Positions 13,243 to 25,946 of a stretch of 64,000 nucleotides of DNA are shown piece by piece. Where the stretch lies: positions 44,022,001-44,086,000 of the forward strand of contig NC_086108.1 in assembly GCF_963921235.1 (NCBI RefSeq), written 5' to 3'. The translations under genes and the position numbers were made by a program. Position 1 is the stretch's first letter, and each line of letters begins with the position of its first letter. The notes beneath the pieces are model-generated. The model had not been told where the DNA came from, ran no database searches, and saw only the letters and a list, made by a program, of their open reading frames with translations. The stretch comes from Mobula hypostoma. Taxonomy: Eukaryota.

Positions 13243-13831
13243 TGTCATGGTCCGGTCTGTTAACTACTCATTTCAGTTAATTTCCTTTTCCCCTTGTTCC
13301 ACTGGGCTCCTTGATTAGGGCACCAGATCTTCATCCGAACTGGTAGAATAAAAACCCCGGCTTACAGCTACTTGGGGCTGGTCCATTACCCTAGCCAGGG
13401 CGGCGATGAATGTTCCGAGCCGCCAAGAATAAGGGACCGTCTTCCGAGCTGCCAAGAATAAGGGACTGTCTTCTGAGCCGCCAAGAATAAGCGACCGTCT
13501 TCATGATCTTCTCCATGTCAAGATACGTATTGTCTGTTGTTATTTGTTTTTGTCGTCTCGTGTCCAGCTGAGTATTGCCGGCCATCTTGCCGCTGCTCCA
13601 AGCCGGGATGCAAGTGGTCTGTCGTTGTTCTGTTTTGTAGGCTCCGAGCCCCAGTCCAAGTCAAGGCTCCGTGTCCAGTCCAAGTCAAGGCTTCGTGTCC
13701 AGTCAAAGCTTCGTGTCTAGGTCATGTCCAAGTCTGTCCCCGTGTCCAAGTCATGTCCTAGTCCGTCCCCGTAGCAAGTCTCTGTGCCTATGTCCTGCAC
13801 TTGGGTCCGCACCCTATGACCCATTGCAACA
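13243..13831. mobile_element. Solo LTR
   Basis: TGT...ACA termini; 5-bp TSD CCTTT (13238-13242 / 13832-13836); 589 bp; CpG-containing; internal tandem repeats. Confidence 0.82.
13413..13502. repeat. 29-bp tandem repeat x3 within the solo LTR
   Basis: TTCCGAGCCGCCAAGAATAAGGGACCGTC repeated three times with 1-2 mismatches. Confidence 0.9.
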
Positions 13832-14139
13832 CCTTTAACTTTTGCTTTCTCAGTTCATTGGTTCCAGTATAATCTGACATGTGCCTGGCCTGGATCAGAT
13901 GTGCTGCCAAGAGTTCTATTTCTAATCTCACTAACAAGATACAAAAAGTAGAGTGGAATCTCTGTCTTCTACTTTTCTGCAAACTGGTTGATCTAGAATT
14001 TGCCTGGTATTTTTGGTATGGTAGTGGACTGTGGAACTTTACTGAATGGGATCTCATGGATAGGTGGATGAAATGAACCACAATAATTAGACTTCTATAT
14101 CTGCACAAAAATAACTCAGGAAAGATGACTCAAACATGG

Positions 14140-16890
14140 ATTACAAAGGAAATCAGAGATTAGTTCTAAAGAGGAGATGTGCAAAGTTGCCAGGGAAAGC
14201 AGCAGGCCTGTGGATTGGGACCAGCTTAGAATTCCGTAAGGGAAGCAAAAAGGATTATAATGAAGGAAGAGGATGAAGAGAACATGAAAACTGACAGTAA
14301 AAGCTTCCATACATTTGTGAAGAGCACAAGGTTAGCAAAGACAAATGCAGATCCCCAATTGTGAGAAAGAGGAAATTACTATCTTGGAAACAAGAAATGT
14401 CAGTTCTGCGTCCACAAAGGAGGACTCTATTTAACCTCTCACATGCATTATGCAACCAAGGGTCTGATGAAAAGAGAAACTGCAGGAAAGGGACAGCCTG
14501 TAGACATGGTGTGTTTGGGCATAAGACCATAAAATATAGGAGCAGAATTAGGCCATTTAGCCCTTTGAGTCTGCTCCGCCATTTCATCATGGCTGATCCA
14601 TTTTCTCTTTCATCCCCAATCTCCTGCCTTCTCCCATATCCCTTCATGCCACGATCATTCAAGAATCTATCAACCTCTGCCTTAAATATATCCAATGATT
14701 TGGCCTCCACAACTGCCTGTGGCAATAAATCCACAGATTTACCACTCTCTGGCTAAAGAAATTCCTCCTCATCTCTATTCTGAAAGGGTACCCCTTTATT
14801 CTGAGGCTGCATCATCTGGTCTTAGACTGTCCCAGCATAGGAAAATCTTCTCCACATCCACTCTGTCGAAGCCTTTCAACATTTGATAGACTTCAGTGAG
14901 GTCACCCTTCACTCTTCTGAATTTCAGTGAGTAGAGGTACAGAGCCATCAAATGTATCTCATAAAACAAGCCTTTCAATCCTGGAATCATTTTCGTGAAC
15001 CTCCTTTGAACCCTCTCCAAAGTCAGCACATCTTTTCTTAGATAAAGGTTTCAAAACTGCTCACAATACTCCAAGTGAGGCCTCACCAATGCTTTATAAA
15101 GCCTCAACATTACATCCTTGCTTTTATATTTTAGTCCTCTCAAAATGAATGCTAACATTGCATTTATCTTCCTCACCACTGACTCAACCTGCAAATTAAC
15201 GTTTGGGGAATCCTACATGAGGACCCCCAAGTCCCTTTGCACCTCAGATTTTTGAATTTTCCCTCCATTTAGAAAATAGTCTATGTTTTTATTTCCTCTA
15301 CTAAAGTGCATGACCATACACTTCTTGACACTATATTCCATCTGCCATTTCTTTGCTCATTTGACGAATCTGTCCAAGTCCTTCTGCAGCCTCTCTACTT
15401 CCTCAAAACTACCTGCCCCTCTTTGTATTGTCCGCAAACTTGGCCACAAAGCCATTAATTCCATCATCCAAATCATTGACATATAACGTAAAAAGAAGCA
15501 GTCTCAACACAGACCCCGGTGGAAACAGAAAAGGCGCCCTTTATTCCCACTATTTGCCTTCTGCCATTCAGCCAATGCTTTATTCATGCCAGTATCTTTC
15601 CTGCAATACCATAGGCTCTTCACTTGTTAAGCAGCCTCATATATGGCACGTTGTTAAAGGCCTTCTGAAAATCCCAGTATACCACATCTACCAACTCTCC
15701 TGTGTCTCCCCTGCTTGTTATTTCTTCAAAGAACTCCAGCAGATTTGTCAGGCAAGCTTTTCCCTTAAGGAAACTATGCTGATTACAGCCCATTATGTGC
15801 CTCCAAGTACCCCAAAACATTCAGAAGGTTTTATGATAAGGTCTCAAATTTATGGAATTTGGGTAATATATTGGGGAGTTGTAATAAACAGGACCTTTTT
15901 CTCGACTGCAGTTAGTGATTAGTAGGACACTCAGAGCTTGGGACCCAGCAGTTTTCAATATACCACACTGATGTGGATGAGGGAATTAAATATAACACCT
16001 TTGCTTGCAAATTTAAATGGACTGGGGTTTGTGCATTATAAGGAAGATGCAAGAAGCTCCAATGTGCTTTAAGCAAACTTGGGTAAGTGGGTAAATGCGT
16101 AAATGCATAGCAGATGCAGTAGTGTGATTCTTTCTGTGGTTATCCACTTTGGCTGTAAAAACATCGTTAGATTACTATCTGAATGGTGTGAGATTGGGAG
16201 GGGTGCAACAAGATCATACACCAATCACTAAAATCAAGCGTATAAACAGTCTTCTTACTTCTTGCAGCACCTGAATGCTTGGTCTTTCTTTGCAAAAAAG
16301 ATCTAAGTACAGGAGCATGGATTATCCTTGCTAGTAGTGCACAATACTTTGATGAGGTCCTTTAAGGAGCTTTGTCTGCTGTTACGCTGTTTTTGTGAGG
16401 AAGGATTTTTTGTGGGCGTGTAGAAGAACAATAAAGTTTATTGGCCTGATTCTCGTCTCGGTTGATGTTTTAAGAGAGGTTGGATCAACTGGGCCTCTAT
16501 TCACTGGATCACTGGAGTTTATAAGAATGAGAGATGACCTCGTAGAAACCCATAAAATTCTAACAAGAGAATGTTGTTTCAGAGAAGCTGGAATCCAGAA
16601 AAGGGAATCACAGTCATAAGGTACAGGCTACCCATTTTTAAACCTCCTGAGGTCATGAGCAATTGCTTCACTCAGAGGTTGTGGAGGGTATGAATTTTGT
16701 ACCACAAGAGATAATAGAGGCTTCTTCAAGAACTTCCTCAAGAAAGAGGCTGATTTTTTTTCTTAATGTTAAAGAAATCAAGAAGTATGGAAAGAAAACA
16801 GCAGCAGGGCACTGAAGTAAATGATTACCATATCCAACAGAAGAGCGGGCCTGAAAGCCCAAATGACTTATTCTTGCTCCTAAGTTATGT
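14140..16890 (+). mobile_element. Old, highly decayed CR1 split by a younger antisense CR1
   Basis: Remnants such as SLEFIRMRDDLVETHKIL and ttcactcagagg.tgtg on both sides of 14521-15820. Confidence 0.6.
14521..15820 (-). mobile_element. CR1 LINE 3' part
   Basis: QHSFLKGKACLTNLLEFFE, DFQKAF, LERVQRRFT motifs; cataagac-type tail. Confidence 0.88.
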
Positions 16891-17939
16891 TTTAAATGTG
16901 ATAAGATTTTCTGCTCCACTACTTTCAGGCAAAGCATTCCAAACCCTAACTACAACTGGGTGAAAATTTCTTTTCTAATCTCTTTACCAATCACCCTTTG
17001 TCTTTGTCCCTGCTTGTTGACCTCTCTCCTTCAGGAAATTGTTTCTTCCTGTTCAGACTTCTTATGGCTTTGCACACCTCAATTATATCTCCCATCAGTC
17101 CCCTTGGTTCCAAAGAAAACAACCCCAGTCTAGACAGTCTCTCTGAAAAACTAAAATTGTCAAAATTCAGCAATGCCCGATCAGTTGCACCCATGGAAAA
17201 CCTTCTGCCGCTTTCTCTGTTTGGAGCATCCATTGGCAAGTATCTTCTATATGTTAACTTTTAATTGCTATTTCTAAGGACGTTATAGGGCCTCTAGCTC
17301 TAGGTTCACTGGATGCTGCTGGACATAGTTCTAACACATCTCAAAATAATTTTAAAAGAACACTTTTTGAAGGAGATAGTTTAGGTACTTTGTAAACAAG
17401 CATTTTCTGTTATGTTAACCTGAAACAGCAGACAATATATTCTCCAATGGCAATCAGTTACTGGTAAGTACTCCACCCGTTTCCTTTTCCTCTCAGTGAC
17501 TCACTCTAACAGACTTGGGGTACATTAGAGCGTATATTATATCTCAGCAACTGTGAGAAAGAACTATTACATTTGTCCTTATTCTGTCATAATAATGACT
17601 GTCCAGAATAGTAACTGTTAGCAACCACTTTGTAGACTGATTAACAGTAAACCATTGTTAATTTACTGTGGTACGACACAGGGGATTCATAAACAAGTAA
17701 TCATCAAGTGGAGTTAGCTCATATTTTAAAGTCACATTTTGTTATATTTATATACATTCTTAAGTTCACAACTAACAATGAGAACTATGTCTGCGGTTAT
17801 TACACCTCCAAGCTTATAGTCATCCTAAATAATAACACAGCTTGCACCTCTGTAGTTTTAAAAATATGATAAAACATTACAAGGCATGCATAGGAGTACT
17901 AAAATTTGATAAAGTAAGGAAATGTTTCCAGCTTTACTT

Positions 17940-18180
17940 ACAACATAGCAGGAGGCCATCTGGCCCCTCAAGTCTACACTGATTCATGAGGCAAATTCGT
18001 GCTCTTGCTGTATATTCTCTCCATATTCCATCAATAAATCACAGATTCTACCACCCACTTATACACTCGGGCCACTTTACACTGGTCCATTAACAGACCA
18101 ACCCACACTCCTTAGTAATGTGGGAGGAAGCCGGAGCAGCGTTTATGGGGAGGACATCTCCACATGGTCAGCACCAGACT
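17940..18180 (-). mobile_element. HE1/V-type SINE remnant
   Basis: gtgggaggaagccggagca is the reverse complement of the V-domain tgctccgg.ttcctcccac; CR1-like tail near 17945. Confidence 0.55.
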
Positions 18181-18652
18181 GTTACAGTTATGATGCAGAA
18201 ATATACTATTTCTGCAGTTGTGCTGGCCAGATACTGGAACAAATTACCTCAAGTACTCTATCAAGGACATGGATTTTAAAAGGCATCTAGAATGAGCATA
18301 GAGAGGAACAGAGGTTGGGAAGGGAAGGCCAAACTTTAGATCTTGGCGGTGGAAGATGTTGCCTTCAATGGTGCAATGGTCAAAATCACAGATGTGCAAG
18401 ATGCCAGGATTGGATCAGCACAGATACAGTATCTTGGAAGACTGGGGAAGTTAACAGAAACAGGGACGAAAGAGGCTATGAAGGGTTTTGAAAACAAGAA
18501 AGAAACCAGAGGCCCATGAGCCAGTCACTATCAGAGGATCAGAGAAGCAAGTTTAAATTCCTGTTACTATTTACTATGTTACTATTTCAGAGGCCCAGCA
18601 CATAAGTACAATTACAAAGAAAGAATGGTAGAGCCTCTAGTTTTTTAGCAGT

Positions 18653-19305
18653 TTGCGGAGATTCACCAAGACGTCTAAAAACTTTGACAAACTTCTACAG
18701 ATGTGGAGTGGAGAGTATATTGACTTGCTGCATCACAGCCTAGTACAAAAACCCTAATGCCATTGAATGGAAAATCCTACAAAATGTAGTGGATATGGCC
18801 CAGTCCATCTCAGGAAAATCCCTCCCCACCATTGAGCACATGTAGATGAAACACTGTCACGGTAAAGCAGCATCCATCATCAGGGACCCCTAGCACCCTG
18901 GACATGCTCTCTTCTCCCTACTGCCATCAGGAAGAAGGTACAAGTGCCTCAGGACTCGCACCACCGGGTTCAGGAACAGTTACTAACCCTCAACCATCAG
19001 GCTCTTGAATAAGGGGATAACTTCATTTGCCCCCATCATTGAAATGTTCCCACAACCTATGGGCTCACTTTCAAGGACTCTTCATCTTATGTTCTCAATA
19101 TTCATTGCTTATTTCTTTATATTATTGTTTCTTTTTGCATTTGCAGTTTGTTGCCTCCTGCTCTCTGGCTGATCGCCCCAGTTGGGCAGTCTTTCATTGA
19201 TTCTGTTACAGTCACTATTCTATGGCTCTGTTGAGTATGTCCAGAAGAAAATGAATCTCCCATATGGACATATATGGACTCTGATGATAAAATTTACCTT
19301 CGACT
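18653..19305 (+). mobile_element. Rex1 LINE 3' end
   Basis: KTLTNFYRC.VESILT.CIT, then 3'UTR ending gataaaatttaccttcgactttga; closely matches 45243-45968. Confidence 0.85.
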
Positions 19306-21124
19306 TTGAGATGTTTAAATGAGGTGTTCCTGTTGAATGAGGAGCAATGAAACTCGGTGCAAGGTACCCCATGGCTGCAAAGTAATCATTTGCGCTTAAC
19401 ATCTATATTTGGGACTACAGTCAGATTGATCAGATCTACATCCTTATCCAAGTAGTAAAGCTTAACCAGCAGTCCTTAAAATGTCCATTAGAGTTGAACA
19501 ATGGATAAGTTTCTGACATTTTATTGTCTGCCATACCAAGCCAGAAGGGAAGGTGTTCCTTTTGTAACTCCTTGTAGAAACCAATCACTACCAGACTGCA
19601 CTGCACTCCACTGTGGAGCCCCACCTTATCCATCCCCAATCTACCACAGAATTTTTAAAAATAGAAAGTAATCTCGTGCTTACATAATATAATTACAGTA
19701 ACCAGGTGACAAAAGAAAAACAAGTTATAATTGTGGGTATTTATAACCAGACGAAGATAAATATGAGAATCGGTTTTTGAGTAAGAGTAAACAGATTTGT
19801 GGCTGGGACAGGATAGATGTATCATTTCAGAAGTGGACATCCATGAGATGTTGTCGACGGATTGCAACAGCAAAACTATATTCTGCGATAATCCATAACC
19901 TCAGAGCTTTGTTCTACCTCACTCTATCACAACGATCATGCTAGAGGCTGGCCTTGATGCAACCAAAACTGCCATGGAGCATGCCAAGTGCAGTATTAGA
20001 GATAGTTATCAATGAAATACCCGTATGATGATGCCATAATGTGTGCATTAAACAGCAAAACAACTAGTAGTCTCACAACCAATGGATCACATTAAAGTTC
20101 TTCTACAGTACTGTTACATCCAGCTGCGAATGGCAGTGAATCAATTAAAGAGCTAACAGATAAAAGTGACACTAAGAATATATTTATCTGCATTTGCAAC
20201 TGACATTCAAGAATATGCTGAAGCTTTTGTAATCATCCTCAGCCAGCAGTGCCAGGTGCATAAACCATTTAAGTCTCCTCATGAGGTGCCCACCATCATA
20301 GGAAGCAACTCAACACTTTTTGTCAGGGCAACTTGGGTTGTTTCTTTTAGAACAGATAAGGTAGGAAGAAATTTAATTGAGGTGTGTACAATAATGAAGA
20401 CCTTATACAGAGTAAACAGTGGCAAAGTCAGAAACTCTGAACATACTTATAAAGCATTTGGACTTACACTGAAACAATGGGCCAAATGACCTACTGCATG
20501 TCCTAATTTTTCTTTGATCCATAAAGTGGTTAATTTTTTGGAATTATTTCTTTGTTTACTCTGTTGACCCATAACTTCACAATGCTGTTTCAACATACCC
20601 TGAACAATTCAGCTTTTTAGAGAATTAAATTCATTTAGCAATTAGTCTGCATCCTGCTGATTTCTTCTGACCTAGTGCTAAAAAATTTCAAGTATCTGAC
20701 AGTCTGCAAACTACCCTAGCCAAAATCTAACCTCCAAATGACCAGACATCCCTTTGACAACAAATAACTTTATGGCCTGTGAAAACTACTGTGCTTCTAC
20801 AGAGTTGAAATATATCATGGAATAACACTGCAGTTGTCATAAAACAATTTTAACACCTCACCTCTAAGCAAAACAATGAGTAAATCCTCATGTCATAAGG
20901 AATACAGACAGAAACCCAATCTAGGCATATTTTATGAAGGATTTAGGAATACAGCTACATAAGATATGCCCCACAGTGTTTATTATTAATAGTAAAACAT
21001 AAACTAAGTTAATACTACTGGAGAACAAAGTATTTTAACATAGTCTCTGGCAACTAATTTTACAATTTTACAATTGACAACATAAGAGTATGCAGTGGTG
21101 GGAAATAGACCATCAAACTTATCG

Positions 21125-21555
21125 AACATAGAACAGTACATACCTTTTAGCCCATGATATTATGCCGACCTTTTAACCTACTCCAAGATCAATATAACCT
21201 TTTCCTCCTACATAGCCCAACCTTTTTCTCTCATCCATGTGCCTATCTCAGGGTTTCTTAAATGTCCCTAATGTGTCTGCCTCTACCACCACCCCCACCT
21301 GTGCTTTCAACCTTTCCATTAGGCTTGCTCTCTAATCCATGGAGTATTCTGACAAATCTCCTCTGCACCATCTCGAAAGCTTCCACATCCTTCCTACTAT
21401 GAGGTCATCAGAACTGAATACAATGTTCCAAATGTGGTTTTATAATGCTGCAAGCATTACTTTGTGGCTGTTGAATTCAGACCCCCAACTAATGAAGGCC
21501 AACATATCATATGCCTTCTTAACCATCCTAACAACATGCGTGGCAACTTTGAGGG
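21125..21555 (-). mobile_element. CR1 3' fragment with deletions
   Basis: aacatagaacagtac tail; gaactgaatacaatgttcca (LE.C.QF antisense). Confidence 0.7.
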
Positions 21556-23136
21556 CTTGGTGTGCCATCATAGAGGAATGCAGAAAAGAATAAATTCAAG
21601 ATGCCAAATTGAGACAAAACCTTTGACAATTTCAAGTATTTTTCCAGTTCTCCAAGTTTTGATCCTGATGTCCCATTGAAATTGCAGTCATAATACTGGG
21701 AAAGTTATTGTCTTGGATGGGTCTGCTTTGTGAACTCTTTTCCTTCTGGTAATTGTTTCTCCATGCTACTTTTTGTTCTGTTTCTTGCCTGCATTTGGCC
21801 CTTAAGCCTGATTAGCACTAAGTGAAAGCTGAATATTGGCCAGATTATTGTTGTCTGAGTGTACAATGTGTTCTGTAGAAGAGGAACAGGATATTTTTTG
21901 GCAAAGCAGTCCAATTCAATGGTGTTACAAATTCTAGCATGTGTGATTTAGCTGCTCAGGTCAGAAATACATTAAACTGTTAAACATACAAATACTGTTG
22001 TTTAGTTAGGAATACATACCCTACACAAACTTAAAAAGGTATTGTGTTAATTACGGAAAACTAAAATGCATGTTCATTAAAATAACAAGGAGCTCCTTTC
22101 AGTGAAGTAAATGAATGGATGCTCAATAACAATAGAAGCTTCATTCGCCCAAATGATTTCCCCCCAAATTTTAGGATTGAAATGATTGTGAAATTGTCAG
22201 CATTCACTTTGTATTGCATAGTAAAACCAACAGAAAAAAAGATACTGTTACTTTAAGACACAAATCCCAAAGCTTGTGGATGAAAAGACAATGCAGGCTT
22301 AAAAAGAGCGGACAGTCTGATAGATATGATGATGATGAAGAAAGTATTAGTGTAGAGGTGGGAGAAGGTGGGGTAGGAAGATGGTGAGACTTGTAAATCA
22401 TGTGATCCCTGTTCCTCTTCAGGACCACCATTAGAAATTGCAGTTAATAGTCTGAGCAGCTGCTAGCAGACATTGCCATCCACCTGATAGGATTGAAGCA
22501 AATAAGACAAACAGATAAAAGCCAAATTGGGGGGAAAAAACAGAAAAGCAGCAACTTAAAAACAGCATGATAAATAAGAACAATATACTTGGCTCTCAAT
22601 AAAAGGAGTCTGTAGAGTATATGGTTGTTGAATCATTGTAGTTTGTAAATGTAAAATATATTTCATGGTTTATACCTTAGTTGGTTTTGTCTTACATTTG
22701 TCATGATCAAAGTAAAAGCTATTCTACCCACTAATTTGATCTTGCATTTTACTTCAAGTTTGTGATGCATATCTAAGGTTAACAACATACTCCATTTGAG
22801 CTAAGGCAAGTTACTACTTCATGGGCAAAAACAAGAGTGAACTCATGACCAAATGTGAATACAGTCTGTCAGTCAGTGACAGAATAATGGTCCAAAACCA
22901 AAGACGCAAACATTAGACTGTCAATCTATAACTTGACTGCACCCAGTAAAGTGAAAATGTAACAAAAACAAATAAATAAAAACCTTTTTAATTAATATGG
23001 TTGTGTTGGATTTTGTCATTTTTATTATACAGTACTTAAATTTAGTGCAACATTTAATAAAAATGTTTAATCCATAGACTTGAGATTTGGTTTGTGATTG
23101 CACTAATGATTTTCATTCCTTTGGTGTGTTAAACAG

Positions 23137-23319
23137 GTTGAATATCATCCTTTCCACAAGCCCCAGGAGCTGGTGGACTACTGCAGAAGCCAAGGAATCG
23201 TTTTTGAAGGATACTGCCCTCTGGCTAGAGGCTTGGCTTTGTCACACCCTAATATCATTGAAAAGGCAGAGAAATATCACTGTACACCTGCTCAAATCTG
23301 TATACGTTGGAGCATACAA
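23137..23319 (+). CDS. Aldo-keto reductase internal exon
   Basis: aaacAG acceptor, CAA|GTaagg donor; 183 nt, phase 0; VEYHPFHKPQELVDYCRSQGIVFEGYCPLARGLALSHPNIIEKAEKYHCTPAQICIRWSIQ completes NQVEYHP and carries the Y.PL..G and TPAQI..RW AKR motifs. Confidence 0.95.
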
Positions 23320-23467
23320 GTAAGGCCAGATTCATGCTGTTCTTTGGAAAAAATAGTTTAGAGATTTGTTATTTATCAAGCTTGCAAAAGCAAATATTTA
23401 GTAGTTATTCAAAACACACAAGAAAATTAGTGATAATACTGTTTTTAAGTAGTTTCTCCTTAAAGTG

Positions 23468-25033
23468 AAACTTTTCCCCAGGGCCTGATGGTCTGAATCC
23501 CACGGTAGTTAAGGAGGTGGCTCTAGAAATCGTGGACGCATTGGTAATCATTTTCCAATGTTCTATAGATTCAGGATCAGTTCCTGTGGATTGGAGGGTA
23601 GCTAGTGTTATCCCACTTTTTAAGAAAGGAGGGAGAGAGAAAACAGGCAATTATAGACCAGTTAGTCTGACATCATTGGTGGGGAAGATGCTGGAATCAA
23701 TTATAAAAGATGAAATAACGGCATATAGCAGTAGCAGGATAGGTCCAAATCAGCATGGATTTACGAAGGGGAAATCATGCTTGACTAATCTTCTGGAATT
23801 TTTTGAGAATGTAACTTTAAAAATGGACATGGGAAAGCCAGTGGATGTAGTGTACCTGGACTTTCAGAAAGCCTTTGATAAGGTCCCACATAGGAGGTTA
23901 GTGGGCAAAATTAGAGCAAACGGTATTTGGGGTAGGGTACTGACATGGATAGAAAATTGGTTGGCAGACAGGAAACAAAGAGTAGGGATTAATGGGTCCT
24001 TTTCAGAATGGCAGGCAGTGACTAGTGGGGTACAGCCAGGCTCAGTGCTGGGACCACAGCTATTTACAATAAACATTAATGATTTAGATGAAGGGATTAA
24101 AAGTAACATTAGAAAATTTGCAGATGACACAAAGCTGGGTGGCAGTGTGAAATGTGAGGAGGATGTTATGAGAATGCAGGGTGACTTGGAAAGGCTGGGT
24201 GAGTGGGCAGATGCAGTTTAACGTGGATAAATGTGAGGTTATCTACTTTGGTGGCAAGAACAGGAAGGCAAATTACTATCTGAATGGTATCAAGTTAGGA
24301 AAAGGGGAAGTACAACGAGATCTAGGTGTTCTTGTACATCAGTCACTGAAAGCAAGCATGCAAGTACAGCAGGCAGTGAAGAAAGCTAATGGCATGTTGG
24401 CCTTCATAACAAGGGGAGTTGAGTATAGGAACAAAGAGGTCCTTCTGCAGTTGTACAGGGCCCTGGTGAGACCACACCTGGAGTATTGTGTACAGTTTTG
24501 GTCTCCAAATTTGAGGAAGGACATTCTAACTATTGAGGGAGTGCAGCGTAGGTTCACGAGGTTAATTCCTGGGATGGCGGGACTGTCATATGTTGAAAGA
24601 TTGGAGCGACTGGGCTTGTATACACTGGAATTTAGAAGGATGAGAGGGGATCTGATTGAAACATATAAGATTATTAAGGGATTGGACAAGCTAGAGGCAG
24701 GAAGCATGTTCCTGATGTTGGGGGAGTCCAGAACCAGAGGCACAGTTTAAGAATAAGGGGAAGACCATTTAGAACGGAGTTGAGGAAAAACTTTTTCACA
24801 CAGAGGGTTGTGGTTCTGTGGAATGCTCTGCCTCAGAAGGCAATGGAGGCCAATTCTCTGGATTCTTTCAAGAAAGAGTTAGATAGAGCTCTTAAAGATA
24901 GCGGAGTGAAGGGATATGGGGAGAAGGCAGGAAAAGGGTACTGATTGTGGATGATCAGCCATGATCACAGTGAATGGTGGTGCTGGCTCGAAGGGCTGAA
25001 TGGCCTACTCCTGCACCTATTGTCTATGGTCTA
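23468..25033 (+). mobile_element. CR1 LINE, 5'-truncated, young
   Basis: 234-aa and 189-aa RT ORFs; CTATTGT/CTATGGT tail; 8-bp TSD TTAAAGTG (23460-23467 / 25034-25041). Confidence 0.95.
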
Positions 25034-25946
25034 TTAAAGTGGTCACACGAAAATTTACATTAAGACTGAGAGTGCTGTTATCAATACCAAGTTGGTTCCA
25101 GATCAAAGATATGGGTTGATACCTGATTGCCTGTTATTTTCAAAATATTATTATTGGGATTATGCACATATTAATATCTGGGATTTTAACTCAAACCTAC
25201 ATGGGAAAAAAGCCCCATATATCTGCTGATTCTAAGGACCAACATGTAATTAATTTGGACTAACTTGCCTCATTTTATTATGAGTAAGTGCCAAAGGAAA
25301 CAAAATAGTCTATAATTACACTAAATTGGTAGTTTCACTTAGAGCTTCAGAAAAACAGGCATTAGAGTGGTGAATGCAGATATTATATACTGTTATTTAT
25401 AACCGAGTATGTTGTTTCACTGCTACTGTATATCTGAGCAAGCATAACTAACACTGGATATCACTCTTAAAATCTATCCTTCAGCATTTTCATGATAAAA
25501 AAGTGAATTCACTAAAAAAAAGAATCATTTTGAAAAAAATTGCCCCCAACGAATAATATACTGAAATTGTTTGTTAAACTCCATTCCCAATAATGTTCTG
25601 AGTTAGTCACTTCATTTAAAAAAAGCTTACTCATGTCTACTTCAGTTGATTTTCTCTTAATGAGTGACCACGTTCTGAATGTTTAGTGGAATTTCATAAT
25701 TAAGAGTTGATCAGCGGTGAGCAGCAGTCCACATGAGCAAGGTCCTATTCTTCTCTTTTGTGATTGTTAATTTGTGCAGGAGATCAGAAGTTACAGTGCA
25801 AATTGGCCAGTGTAAAATGGGAATACAGTGGATTCTGGTTAATTGAGCCATCAATTAATTGGGGCAGCCATTTATTTGGGACAACTCTTAAAGAACAAAA
25901 ACTAATTGAGAAAATAGTCCGGATTCCCTTCATTTATTTGGGATGC

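Noticed and set aside
13413..13502. CRISPR-like array
   Set aside because: Head-to-tail 29-bp repeats without unique spacers, inside a eukaryotic LTR
19320..20310. Additional old LINE
   Set aside because: Looks repeat-derived but is too decayed to assign family or boundaries
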